Below are positions 1 through 12,400 of a DNA stretch of 64,000 bases, in pieces (position 1 is the first letter of the stretch; the number at the start of each line of letters is the position of its first letter). Both the position numbers and the translations under genes were made by a program. The notes under the pieces were generated by a model. The model was not told where the DNA came from, did no database searches, and saw only the letters and a program-made list of their open reading frames with translations. Source of the DNA: Octopus bimaculoides (Eukaryota); contig NC_068987.1 in NCBI RefSeq assembly GCF_001194135.2, positions 90,379,716-90,443,715 of the forward strand, written 5' to 3'.

Positions 1-1971
1 ATATATTAATCCTTTACAAATAATAGATTTTTTTGGTTTTCCTTCCAAAGGGAAAACTACATTCTATTTATTGGTATTCTTGTACAAGGAGATGCTGCAA
101 ATTGCATCCAGACAACAAGGTTGTTTGATTACGTATAAAAAGAGTATTCAACAGTAAAACAAATTTTTCAAACAAAATAAGAAAAAAGTCCCAGCCATTC
201 AAACAAAGAAGAATTCATGAAAAACATAAAACCGTGTTGAATAAACTTTATGTATTTAATTAAAATCTTAGGCAATGTCTTACTGAACAGCCTTATGATC
301 AAAAGGTCTCTGAGCCATGACCATCTGGTCAATTTTTGTCAGACATTTATATTATGCCATCCAACATGTCCTTCAGTTTTTCAAATCTGTAGAGCATAAG
401 TTGAAGATATGGCTGTTATTTCTAGCATATCAAGCAGCTCTCAAGAGTCTACTTTACTTAACTCATGATTTTTCAAGTTTTCTTACTACTTGAGCAAAAA
501 AAAAAAAAATTTCTAGAAATTTATCATCAGTTTTACTTCTACTTTTCTATGTTGGCATGGATCGGACATTTTTCTGAATATCGACACCCTTCTTGCCTCC
601 AACTTTTTTAGTCACCTCTTATGACACATAAGGGTACAGTGTACTCATTCCTAACATGGAATACTGATAGTAAGATAGACATTTTAGCATTATAGGAGCT
701 ACAAGAGAGAATCCTTATCTGAAATTAGTATTGTAAGGTACAGACACAGTCTACTTCATCAAAAGCTTTTACTTTTTCATGCCTACAATTTATAATTAGG
801 GAGATTTCAGTAGATTTTAATTGAAATAGTTATCCTTTATTAGTAATTCCTACCTTATTAAAAGGAAATAGTATTAATATCTTAAATTACTGTTTCTCAT
901 TTTCAGCCATGAAATTGGTAGGAAACTGATAGTGTTTGCTTAAATCAAACTCACAAGAGAGGGAGAAAAAAATAAAAAAGAGATGCATGCTGATGGAGGA
1001 CGAAAGACTTAACACATAAATCATGACGGGGCCATGATTGTGGGCGTCAGGCACAGGTCAACAGGCCACAATTGTGGCCCAGATAGATGCATTTAATTTA
1101 TGGGTGTTTGTTGGGGTCTAGTGTCACTTAAATGCTCCGATACCCCCTAAAATGCAAGAGGGCTAATAGTTCAACTAATGACTTTTCAGATGATGTAAAA
1201 CTTGCCACCATTATATACTAAAAAGATATTTTAAAACTATTTTTTTGTTTTTTATGTGTGCATGGTAGTCTCATTTTCATAAAATGTGCTCAGCAGTCCA
1301 TGCTATGTAAGAGCAAACCCCAGTGCTTTATGGGTTAATACTTCAAATGGACTCTTATTACAGGTTCTTGTTTTCAATAAAGTACTCTCCCCAAAATGTC
1401 AATTTATCTCACATTACACTAACAGACATCTCTTCTGCTCCTTATTTGTTTTCTTTTAGTTTTGTTTTTTGTACAATGCTCTTTATATGAGGTCTTAATT
1501 TTTTTGTATCTAACAAACATGATCAAACATGCCCCAAATTTGACTATTGTGTTTCTCTTGGGGTGGGTGGGGGTGGAGAGAGGAGCAATTTAATCCATTT
1601 CTTGTAGACCAAACAAGCATGTAAAACTGTAGGGTTGTCATTTTAGACACTGTTTGCATTTCTGTAACCCCTTAGCAAAATTTACAGCTGTTTTTGAATC
1701 CTGAATATATTTTATTTATTAATGAAAATTATTACTAAATTCAGAGATAATCCTTGACAAGTTTTACATGTATTCCAATTCCAGTTTTAGAAGAGGGGCT
1801 CAACAACCCTGCATGTTCTAAAAGATGATTAAAAGGGTTAGTAACATAAAACACTGTCTCAGGAAAACCCAATCAATCCATGCCAGCATAGAAAAGCAAA
1901 AGTGAAATGAATCTTTGATAGGCCAATTCCAGTATGGTTAGGGTAAAAACTGATCCTGCAGGTATTCTTAC

Positions 1972-2103
1972 TGAGTGGATATTTATAATTTAGCATTGAT
2001 AGGAATGTTTGCCAGTCTTTAATTCCTACTTTAAAGTGACTGATTTCTTCAGAAGTCTCCAGAACAGTTGAATAAATTATGAGCCAGATCAAGTTCAGCA
2101 AGT
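1972..2103 (-). CDS. Candidate internal coding exon (132 nt, phase 1-1) of an unidentified minus-strand gene
   Basis: Acceptor ttcatttcag|AC (AG at 2105-2104) and donor CTCA|GTAAGA (GT at 1971). Open frame xLLNLIWLIIYSTVLETSEEISHFKVGIKDWQTFLSMLNYKYPL, phase-compatible with the 9450-9085 exon. No family recognised. Confidence 0.35.
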
Positions 2104-2691
2104 CTGAAATGAATCTGGCTCGTAATTTCAATTAATGACAAACATGACAGAAAACCAAAATAAATAGGAGATCGAAGTTTGTACTCTTCTGTAAAACATT
2201 GCCACAGTTTATCAAGTTGTTAGGAATAGGTTACTTTTGATTGACCATAGTCCATTTCCAAGACAACATTTCTTATTTCATACCATGCCACTGGCCCTTA
2301 AAAGCATCATAGAGCTTAAGAGACATTCACACATGTGATGATGATGATGGTGATATATTTTGATTTTAGCATCCATTGCCCTTATATCAACACCAACGAC
2401 AATAATAATCTGGGAGGATATCTACTCACATCGACAACCATCACTATAATTCTCAAGGACAGGAATGAAAATCTCTGTATTCTAATAAACACTTTGATCT
2501 TCTGACCAAAATATCACCAAAAAGGAAGTTGAAAAATGACCAAACTACAAGGATTTTGAAATGGAAGCGAGCAACATGTAAGGCATGAAAGTGAAGCTAC
2601 TCTCACAATTGGGGTTCTTGACTGAATAAACAAGAAAATGAAACATGAACCAAGCCATGGGGAAAAGAAAACAAAAAAAAAAGAAACAAGG

Positions 2692-2872
2692 TGTGGTAAC
2701 ATGGTTCCAGGCACCTTGGGCAAGTGTCTTCTACTATAGCCTCAGACTGACCAAAGCCTTGTGAGTGCATTTAAAAAAACAAAGTACTGGGGTTGATTCC
2801 TTTAACTAAAAAACTTCTTCAAGGTGGTGCCCCAGCAAAGTCAGAGTCTAATGACAGAACAAGTAAAAGATA
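2692..2872 (+). mobile_element. tRNA-headed SINE family A, internally deleted copy
   Basis: Contains gcaccttgggcaagtgtcttctactatagcc and the tail ggtggtgccccagca...acaagtaaaaga seen in many other copies in the window. Confidence 0.8.
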
Positions 2873-3369
2873 AATCAAGGCCAAGAACAGGTGGTGCCCC
2901 AACAAGGTCAGAACAAGTAAAAGATAAATCAAGGCCAAGGTTCACAGTTCTCCACACAACCTACGAAACAGCCTCATTAAGGACAGACTACATCCTACAC
3001 AAGACACTTTCCATTCAATAGTACAACTCACACAGCACATACCCTACATAATCACCAACCATCAAATTAACATATACTGTTACATAATCGACACCCAACA
3101 CTAATACATCTCACACACATTCAACAGCTTGCAAAACTCCTTTACCACCTACAACTCACAAAGCAGCACATATTATTCTACACAATCAGCAAACAACAAA
3201 ATAACACAATTCCCGTAGCACATATACTACACAGAAACCAAAACACTGAAGGAACACCAGAAACAACAAAGTGAAATAGATGTACCTTAAAAAAACACGA
3301 CCCTAAACATCTTCCCAAAAGAAAAAAAAAAAAAAACAACCAAATTATGCAGCATCCTCCCTTTAAAAG

Positions 3370-3668
3370 TACAGGTTCTCAAAGTGGGAGTTACTGTCCA
3401 CCCCCCAAGTAGGCATTGTGATGGTTCAGGTGGCTGCTGGTGCTTAAGGGGGCAGTAGAGAAAAAAGGGGCCATAGGAGAAAGGTAATGAATTGGGGGAC
3501 GCTATGAATCTATTACAATATTATACAAATATTAAATAATTCATAGTATATGTAAATTAGTAAAATATAAAATATTTAATTTATACCTAAAAATAGGGGT
3601 GGGGGTGCTGAGGGTATTATGTGACCATGAGGGGGGAGGGCGTGGCCCAATGGGTTTGAGAACCTCTA
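3370..3668. mobile_element. hAT (Charlie-like) non-autonomous MITE
   Basis: Terminal inverted repeats tacaggttctcaaag / gtttgagaacctcta, near-matching 8-bp flanks ctttaaaa / ctttagaa, no ORF. Confidence 0.6.
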
Positions 3669-4344
3669 CTTTAGAAAATGAAAAGTGTTGGAAGGGACGG
3701 AGTGGAAATTCTCATGAAGCATAAAACCACAAATTTTGTTGTGTCAGGCTGTGCTAATCAAAAGGTAGGACTGCAGTTGCTTGCTGTCCTGAAATCGCTT
3801 TGGTCAGCTTCTATGCACGACTACCATAATTTGCATAACAATGACATCACTGTTGTGTCGTTCTTTTAATGCTAAGCCTGTTCCATTCAGTGTTCCTTGT
3901 TGTAAGCAATCCTTACTTGTTATAATCCTTTCTAACAGGCACAAAGCCACAAATTATTTGGAGGGAGAGAAGGATTAGTTGATTAAAATAACCCCAGCAC
4001 ATGACTGGTACTTTATTTGAAATTTTAGTGATCCTGAAATGAAAGGTAAAGATGACCTGAGCAAAATTTAAACTCCAAACACAAAAGATGGCTTTTACCC
4101 CATCATTTTACCTATTCTATTAATCCCACAGCACTTGTAGTAGTAGTAGTAGTGGTGGTGGTGGTGGTTTCAAATTTTGGTGCAAAGCCAGCAACTTCAG
4201 AATTACTATATTAAATAATCTACATCCTGCTAATTTTAATCTGAACTTAATCTGTTTATTACTATATATGTATACATTTTAATAACAAGATGTTGGTTCT
4301 ACAGCCATCTGGAACAAACTTGACAGAGTTAACTGACAGTCTTC

Positions 4345-4530
4345 ATCATCATCATCATTATTTTAATATTCCCTTTTCCATATGAGCATGGGTCAGACAG
4401 AACTTATTGAGGCAGATTTTCAATGGCCAGATGCCTTCCCTGTTGCTAACCCTCACTTGTTTCCAAGTAAAGTAATATTTCCCCCATGACCAAACATGTT
4501 TCTGAAGAATATAAGAAATGAATGGCATTC
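4345..4530 (-). mobile_element. SINE-like family F with RTE-type (GAT)n tail
   Basis: catcatcat...ccatatgagcatgggtcagac...gatgccttccctgttgctaaccctcacttgtttccaag. The same module occurs at about 27855-28075, 33820-33930, 37000-37200, 39180-39412 and 55215-55380. Confidence 0.7.
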
Positions 4531-4654
4531 ATTTTCAACAATCATGCAATACGTAAAGAAGGGGGCACACGCACTCAAGAAAAAAATTAAATAAACAGGC
4601 TTCTTTCAGTTTCCGTCTCTCAAATAAGGCTGTGGTTGGCCTGGTGATAGAGTA

Positions 4655-4882
4655 GGAGCTGGCAGAAACGTTAGCATGCTGGGCGAAATGCTTATCGGTA
4701 TTTTGTCTGCCGTTACGTTCTGAGTTCAAATTCTGTCGATGTTGACTTTGCCTTTCATCCTTTCGGGGTTGATAAATTAAGTACCAATTACGCACTGGGG
4801 TCGATGTAATTGACTTAATCCCTCTGTCTGTCCTTGTTTGTCCCCTTCTATGTTTAGCCTCTTGTGGGCAATAAAGAAATAG
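4655..4882 (+). mobile_element. tRNA-headed SINE family B (MetaSINE-like central domain)
   Basis: Head gagctggcagaaacgttagc with B-box gagttcaaattc, then ctttcatcctttcggggttgataaattaagtacc. The Meta-domain assignment is from recall. More than ten copies in the window. Confidence 0.8.
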
Positions 4883-5359
4883 ATATAGTAGGTACCATGC
4901 AGTGGGACTGAACCTGGAATCATGTGGTTAGGAAGCAAACTTCTGACCACAGAGCAGTGTCTTCTTTCTCACTTAATAAATCATATTGTTTTCACCTCTG
5001 ATCACCTGCAGAAGAAACCTCTACAAATTGCATGCGTGACCCTATATAGAACTATACCCATACTTGGGGACAAGGTTGCCTCTTCTCCAAACTGCAACCA
5101 AAAGTTTTATTCAACTGATTAACATAGATTCACTCAGTCATCCTCAGGCTGCAACTGCTGGATTGCAGATGCACTGCTTCCACTATCTGCATCGTCTGCC
5201 AGCACTACATCAGTTTCTATTCCTCTGAAATAGCTCGCTGCAGATGCATCCAGAACCACCAATCCAGGCCATCAGAGGCCTTGCATGAAATACTTTAATT
5301 CTTTCTCTCCAGAATTACAAGCCTCCAGAAATCCACACCCAGTTCTTTATCGGTCGTTG

Positions 5360-5690
5360 GACTGCAGTCATGCTGGGGCACTGACTCAAAGGGACAAATC
5401 ATTCTCAGTATGTTTTTTTTTTTCAAGTCTGGTACTTGCTTAGTCTTTTTGCTGAACAACTAACTGCTAATTTTCAGGAATGTAAACAAACCAACACCAG
5501 TTGTCAACCAATGAGAAGTGACAAACACACACATCTGTGTGTGTGAGTGTGTGTTGGGCTTTCACACAGTCTCCATCAATCAAGTTCTCTCACAAGGCAT
5601 TGGTTGGCCCAGGGCCATGGTACTTGCTCAAAGTAAACCTGAAACCATATGGTTGCAAAGAGAACATCTTAACCACACTGCCACATCTAC
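5360..5690 (-). mobile_element. SINE family A copy
   Basis: Reverse complement of the family A head, body and tail. Confidence 0.75.
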
Positions 5691-6552
5691 ACTTATGCCA
5701 AACATTTATTTATTTATTTATTATTCCATCTCCCACCTTACCACTCCCAATATTTTTTTAAAGCAAATTTCAATCTACAAATAAAATATCAATCTCATCA
5801 GTTTTGAAGGGTCTGCAAACGTAACAGGCACTGCCCACAATTCCTTCAGACTTGGCCCAGGAAAAGATAAATATGTACACTTAAAATATTAACAAACTGT
5901 ATTTCCCAACCAAAGCAATAACTATCAGTAACATTTAAAATAAAATTAAAAAACCTGCACAAACAAAAAGAAAAAAAAAGGGGCGGGGGGGAATGAAGAT
6001 AATATGATAGCAGAACCCTTAACTCAGACGAGGTTCCTTAACTACATATCGCTACTTCACATCTAATTTAATTTAAAAACAAAAAATGCTTGGCATTCCA
6101 ATAAAATAAATATCTTTATATAGTTTGTTTGTTTTTTAATAATTTTTTTATAAAAAATAATTCAAGCTGATTTGACAACATTAAAAATTCTTTGGAAGTA
6201 TTATCTAGGAACTTAGCAGCTATTACTATTGCCATTACTATTACTACTACTACTACTGGTGACAGTGGCGGTGCACTGCTTCTAAATCCAGTCCATTAGG
6301 AACCCACATAACCTCAATTACCATCTCCCACACCACCACAACGGTTAGGAAGAGGGTAGTGTCACAAGTATTTCTTGTAATAGTCTCTCTGGACATTTTC
6401 TTCTTTATAACCTTGACAATATTTTATGGATTCTTAACTGGTGCTCTGTCGGTTATGACAATGAGGGTTCCAGTTGATCCAATCAACAGAACAGCTTGCG
6501 CATGAGATTAATGTGCGAGTGGCTGAGTACGCCACAGACACATGTACCCTCC

Positions 6553-6736
6553 ACCCTTTTGTTACCATATTCCTGTTGAGATGCTCTGCGTTTCTTTCAA
6601 TTACTTTAAATATAACAAAGAATTTAGGAAAATAACTTTGTTATCATTAAGCTAGTGTTAGGAACATAAATTGTGACTAAGGTTTGGTGGAAGATTTTAA
6701 TTCAAAACTTATGAAAACAAGACATTTGTACTACAG
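6553..6736. mobile_element. Partial TTAA/CCC-ended MITE family G
   Basis: Inverted copy of the element at 20746-20968, lacking one end. Confidence 0.75.
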
Positions 6737-6778
6737 TATTTTAGCAGTTTATACCATATGAATGCTTACAATAAGCAT

Positions 6779-7160
6779 AGAGGCGTAATGGCCCAGTGGT
6801 TAGGGCAGTGGACTCGTGGTTGTAGGATTACAGTTTTGATTCTCAGACCAGGCGTTGTAAGTGTTTATTGAGCGAAAACACACAAAGTTCCACGAGGCTC
6901 TGACAGGGGATGGTAGTGAACCCTGCTGTACTCTTTCACCTCAACTTTCTCTCACTGTTTCTTCTTGTTTCTGTTGTACTTGTATTTCAAAGGGCCAGCC
7001 TTGTCACACTCAATGTCATGCTGAATCTTCCTCCGACAACTACGTTGAGGGTACACACGTCTGTGGAGTACTCAGCCACTTGCACATTAACTTCACGAGC
7101 AGACTGTTCCGTTGATTGGATCAACTGGAACCCTCGTCTTCGTAACCGACAGAGTACCAT
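6779..7160 (+). mobile_element. tRNA-headed SINE family C, full length
   Basis: A-box tggcccagtgg and degenerate B-box tttgattctc. Near-identical inverted copy at 56789-57144, partial copy at 6440-6550. Confidence 0.85.
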
Positions 7161-7732
7161 AACTTACAATAGCAAAAAGAAAAGAAAAAAGTGATCACAC
7201 AAAAATCTAAAAAACATTATATATATACATATATATATTTTATAATTAGATACATAATTATAACAAGGGATTGGCTATAAGTCTTTCCACACGCTGAAAA
7301 ATAGACACCAAAAGACACCATTACCACCTTATTATAATTAATATTTGAAAAATTTACTCCGTGATCAAAACTGCATTCCCTGCAGAGTATGTCTTGACAT
7401 ACTACACTGGTGTTGTAAGTCCACATACATCACTGGAAGAAAAGCAGTATTTCAAAGAGTGGCATATATGGAAGAAGATGAACAATGAAGACAAATGAAC
7501 TTCATTTTTTACAATTATTTCTGTAAGTTTACATGTGTGTGAACAGTCACACAATATGTGGGTGTGGTTGAGCATATCAGAATGCTACATCAGGGTAGCA
7601 TTAAGGTGTACATCTTTGCATTGTGCAAAGAATATATATTTTGTGTTGCTTATGTAAAGGTAGGATCTAGGCAAAGAGTAAAAAAAAAAATGAAAAATGA
7701 TAAAAAAAAAATGAAAAATGATAAAAAAAAAA

Positions 7733-7929
7733 ACAAGGCGCGAAGCTTTTGGGGAGGGGGCCAGTCAATTAGATCAACACCAGTACGCAACTGGTACTTA
7801 ATTTATCGATACCGAAAGGATGAAAGGCAAAGTCAACCTCAGCAGAATTTGAACTCAGAATGTAAAGACATACAAAATACCGCTAAGCATTTCACCCAGT
7901 GTGCAAACATTTTTGCCAGTTCACCGCCT
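7733..7929 (-). mobile_element. SINE family B copy with 15-bp TSD
   Basis: Flanked by tgaaaaatgataaaa at 7712-7726 and 7930-7944, with an extra tandem copy at 7691-7705. Confidence 0.8.
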
Positions 7930-8090
7930 TGAAAAATGATAAAATAATGAAAACACAATACCAATAATAATAAAACTAATTTCCTTGATACAAGTGGCAT
8001 TGATAAGAGATAGGCCTGTAATAAATCACAAATGTTAATAGTGGTAGATTTTGAGAATGTTACTTCCTGCCCCACAATGATAAAAATATT

Positions 8091-8446
8091 AACAAGTGCA
8101 CTCAGAGAGCGCAAACCTGTGCCAAGGTAACACTAACATCCTCTCAACGATTAACTAGAGATAATTTTTAAAATGAGAATATCTGAAATAAACTCAATTG
8201 CTCTCACAAACAAAAATACTAAATATGAACGCGACTGCTCTCAAAAATTAAGTAAAAAACCAGGAAAAATAATCCAGAATCCTTGTCAAGTACTAGATTG
8301 ATCCCAAAATCTAATTAGTTTGTGCCAGTCATGAGGCCAAACATCCCTGAAAGTTTCATCTGAATCCATCTAGCGGTTCTTGAGATATCTTACCCATGGA
8401 CAAACAGACACGACTGAAAACAATGCCTTTGCTAAGGCAGAGATAA
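8091..8446 (+). mobile_element. Helitron/Helentron-like non-autonomous element
   Basis: Starts aacaagtgcactcagagagcgc after TT, has short caaacagaca repeats and a subterminal hairpin gcctt-tgct-aaggc at 8425-8438. Architecture resembles mollusc HINE-type elements (recall). Confidence 0.5.
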
Positions 8447-8699
8447 TAACAACATCAATAATAATGGTTTCAAATTTTGACACAAGGCCAGCAATTTTAT
8501 GGGTGGGAGCTTAGACAATTACATCAACCCCAGAGTTTCACAGATACTTATTTTATTAACCCCAAAAGAATGAAAGGAAGAGTACTCAAAGTAAAGATGG
8601 ACAAAAGACGGCTGGATATTTTGTACAGCATGTTAACAATTCCACCAGTTCACCACCTTAACAACTATAATAACAGACCTTTTGAATGGGATGGGTTAC

Positions 8700-8915
8700 T
8701 CGACCTGAAGAAAATCCTAGCTGGGCCCCACTTGCAGGGTCATGCACTGTTTATCTTGATATGAGATCATTTCGTTGTGCACATATGGTTGTGATGCATG
8801 TGTCTGGTGAACTCTTATCAGATAGGTGGTCATGATAGGTATATTGGCCTTCGTATATTTGTACCCCAGTGTCACTTTGATGGCAATGTGCTGGTCTCTC
8901 ACACAATAATAAAAT
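8700..8915 (+). mobile_element. Interspersed SINE-like repeat (family J)
   Basis: GC-richer block ending in an aataat tail. Recognised by recall only; single copy in the window. Confidence 0.4.
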
Positions 8916-8934
8916 TTAAAATAAATATAAAGCA

Positions 8935-9040
8935 AATATCAGATTGGAGCCTGGTGTAGCCATCTGAATCACCAGTCCTCAGTCAAATCGTCCAACCCAT
9001 GCTAGCATGGAAAGCAGATGTTAAACGATGATGATGATGA
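8935..9040 (+). mobile_element. 3' end of RTE LINE (family E tail)
   Basis: gattggagcctggtgtagcc...cccatgctagcatggaaagcagatgttaaacgatgatgatg matches 48255-48360. Confidence 0.8.
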
Positions 9041-9084
9041 TTAGAATATGATAAAAATAAAATATATTATGGAGATGTACTTGC

Positions 9085-9450
9085 ATAGCAAGAGACCTGA
9101 TCTGAGATTGTATGCTGGAACGAAAACGATTGCAGTGTGGAAGGTGTTTAAGAAACACTCAAAAACCATTAGATTCACTTCAACATTTGAATCTAATTTT
9201 CCAAAATATTTTGGTCGCTTTGAGACCGCGACCTGTTCACTGACAAAATTCCATGCAGGAAACAAAAGCGCCACCCGCCACCCACCGAAATTAGTCTCCA
9301 AATGTGCCCCTGTTGACATTGGTGATTTATTACTAAGCAGCATCTTATCAGTGTTGCTTATACCACTAAGATTAGTTTTATTATTGTCCCTGATTGTTAA
9401 TGTCTTTATTATCCTTATAATTATTGTTGCACTCATTGTCCGTTTTCTCC
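9085..9450 (-). CDS. Candidate internal coding exon (366 nt, phase 1-1) lying within the longest ORF of the window outside repeats and gaps
   Basis: Acceptor ttttgtgttggttatacag|GG (AG at 9452-9451) and non-canonical donor CTAT|GCAAGT (GC at 9084). Open frame RKRTMSAT...GAHLETNFGGWRVALLFPAWNFVSEQ...AYNLRSGLLL. CpGs retained against a CpG-poor background. No family recognised. Confidence 0.45.
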
Positions 9451-10502
9451 CTGTATAACCAACACAAAATACATATCCTTCGCACTTCTGATGAAGTGCT
9501 ACTTCAATATATTCAACCACAGACATATTGCGTAACTTTTTATGTCAGGTGGCCAGAAACAACTGTAACAATAAAGTTGAGCTACATTATATTTATACAT
9601 ACATACAATGTATATGTAAATACCTAAGGCAATGGCTATCAATAGAAATACTTAACAAAAGATGACTCAATATGTCTTCTGACATAATAAACTAACTTCT
9701 TTCAATAGGCTTTATTGCAAGTGAACAATAATATTGCTATTATCACCAAAGGCAGTTGGTGGCAGGAGTAGAAGTCAGAGGAGATGGATGACATTCTTTT
9801 TCTAAGCTTTGACACTCCTTTTGTTAACAAGAATGTTAGGAACCACCCTCCTTCTTCCTCCTAATGTTTCCACCCACCTCATGGTGTCTGTCATGGCACA
9901 CCCTGCAATGGAAGTGTCTATATACTTCATAGAATTTCCTGATGTCATATCATAGATAGCAACATGAATTAGGGGCTCAGCAATTTATAGGGGAACTTGA
10001 TAGGTTCAGTTGTAAGGAGTAAAGGGATTTCTACCCTTTGCCTGAAAGGGAGGAAGAGAAAGTATTGTTATTTACTTGCTGCCAATCCAAATGACAACAC
10101 CAATTTCTCCATGTTCTTTATTCTCAGACAAAACACATATGCCTAGTAATCTAGATTGCTTAAATTTAGAAACTAAACTCAACAAGCTTCAAAAAATTAA
10201 TTTAAACATCTCTTTTAAGGTCTGAAGGAAGACCATGAAAGAACAGTTAATTCTGAGCTTAACTCTTTAGTATTTCAACTGGCCACATCCACCCCAAATA
10301 TTCTTCCCATTTTATGTTCAAGCTAATCAGATCTGGCCTCTCACACATCTCAAAGCAACAAGAAAAACAATGTGAATGAATGTGCATTACATTTGACAAA
10401 TTAATCTGAATGCTTAAATGGGTAATGACTTGAAACAGATGATAGAATATTTTCCTGTTGCATAAAAAGTCAGTCTAGCTATCGGAAACAACATTCCTCT
10501 AA

Positions 10503-10870
10503 ATCATCATCATCATTTAGCGTCCGTTTTCCATGCTGGTATGGGTCGGACGGTTTGATTGAGGACTGGCAAGCCAGAAGGCTGCATCAGGCTCCAATAT
10601 GATCTGGCAAGGTTTCTACAGCTGGATGCTCTTCCTAACGCCAACCACTCCGAGAGTGTAGTGAGTGCTTTTTACATGCCACTGGCACCGGGGCCAGTTA
10701 AGTGGCACTGGCATCAACCACACTTGAATGGTGCTTGTTACATGCCCCTCACACTGTGGCCAGTCAGGTGGCACTGGCATCAACCAGGCTCAAATGGTGC
10801 TTTTTACATGGCACCAGAACTGGCAATGGCCATGCTCGAATGGTGTTTTTATGTGCCACTAGCACAGGTG
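10503..10870 (-). mobile_element. RTE LINE 3' UTR fragment (family E)
   Basis: Reverse complement of the 48000-48360 tail, including the gtgccagtggca-type internal repeats. Confidence 0.8.
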
Positions 10871-11039
10871 GCAATCATTCTTCATTTTAGGGTGAATTGA
10901 TAGTAAAATGAATTTGAGAAATAAAATACCTTGTTTGAAAACAAATTATTATACAATAATATACACAAAGGCTGGAAGGAAATTAGGTAAATATACTTTA
11001 TTGAGGGGTTGAAGTGTACAAAAGATGGAGAAGTAATAA

Positions 11040-11330
11040 TTTGAGAGAAGCAGTGTAAGAGGAATCAAGTAAAGTGGAGAGATGGGGAGGGAGGCTGTGC
11101 TGATTCAGGGATGTATGGAGGATAGCAGTTTTGTAAAAAGAGCTTTGTTAAGTGATCCAAGTGCAAGAAACTGGCAGAAGAGGAACCCAAGAGAAGTGGC
11201 CAAATTTTATCTTAGGACATTGAACCATATGGAGGAGATAACACATAATAATGATGAGTGTGAACTATGAGAACTAGGTCGTATGTGTAATGGAGTTCTT
11301 AAGGACAGCTGATCTTCAACTCCAACCAGA
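11040..11330 (+). mobile_element. Decayed LINE ORF2 C-terminal relic
   Basis: GCMEDSSFVKRALLS...RNPREVAK resembles the degenerate RTE C-terminal R(M)E...KxAL...RGRP motif. Confidence 0.35.
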
Positions 11331-11363
11331 AGAAAAGGATATAAAAACGATGATGACAGTAAT

Positions 11364-11366
<3 letters not shown>

Positions 11367-11406
<40 letters not shown>

Positions 11407-11490
11407 TGAGTGAGTGAGTGAGTGAGTGAGTGAGTGAGTGAGTGAGAGAGAGAGAGAGAGAATGTGCTGTGAGAGGGAGAGAGCATGTGC

Positions 11491-11572
<82 letters not shown>

Positions 11573-11695
11573 TGCTGAGAAAGAGAGAGAATGTGCTGAG
11601 AGAGAATGAGAATGTGGTATATGAGAGAGAGAGAGAGAGAGAGAATGTGGTATATGAGAGAGCATATGTGTGGTATATGTGTGAGACTGTGTGTG
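11367..11695. repeat. Compound microsatellite (GT)n(GAGT)n(GA)n with an embedded gagagaatgtgct minisatellite
   Basis: Seen directly in the sequence. Confidence 0.95.
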
Positions 11696-12049
11696 TGATC
11701 TCACTGTAACACTAAACTTATAGGACACACCCATACAAATGAAAAAAGCTTCCCTACATGCCCTTAGCCTGCTGTACCCTAACAACCAGGTTAAAAAGTG
11801 GGAACCAACTCAGAGACAATGTTCTCTCTTCGGAGAGAATAACCAAACATGATTTCTTATATTGGTACAAGGCCATAAATTTGCTAATTGAAGCTATCCT
11901 CAGTTCGCAGCTGGTATCTGATTTTTCTTTTTTCAGCAGAATGAACATCAAAATCGTCACCAATGAGGTTTGAAGTCAAAATACACAAAATATAAGTGAC
12001 ACTGTGGCATTTTAAAGGAGCAGGGTGGGGTACTGAATGATCCTTTAAA

Positions 12050-12400
12050 TTTTCACTAGTTTCAGTCATTGGACTATGCTCATGGGTGGCCACCACTTGG
12101 AAGGGTTTGGTTGAACAAACTAATCTTCCATACTTGTTGTATGTCTGATACTTATTCTATCAGTCACTTTTGCCAAACCACTAAGTTATAGAGGTATAAA
12201 CTATCCAACACTAGCTGTCAAGAAGCAGAGGGACAAATACATACACATATATGATGGGCTTCCTCACAGTTTCCATCTACCAAATTCACTCACAAAGCAT
12301 TGGTTGACTCAGGACTATAGTAGAAGACACTTGCTCAAGGTGCCGCATAGAAGGACTGAATTCAAAGCTGCATGGTTGTAAAACAAACTTCTTAACCACA
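12050..12400 (-). mobile_element. SINE family A copy
   Basis: Reverse complement of head, body and tail. Confidence 0.75.

Noticed and set aside
1064-1079. Perfect 16-bp palindrome GGCCACAATTGTGGCC
   Set aside because: About one such palindrome is expected by chance in 60 kb.
5140-5330. GC-richer coding-like patch with CTC TGA TGG
   Set aside because: There are stops in every frame examined and no splice sites. Most likely an old LINE fragment; no SECIS or frameshift context seen.
9195-9255. Resemblance to U12 snRNA (Sm-like site plus GGUCGC stem) or an IRE (CAGUGA loop)
   Set aside because: The U12 branch-point-pairing 5' region is absent, and the IRE lacks the bulged C and lower stem.
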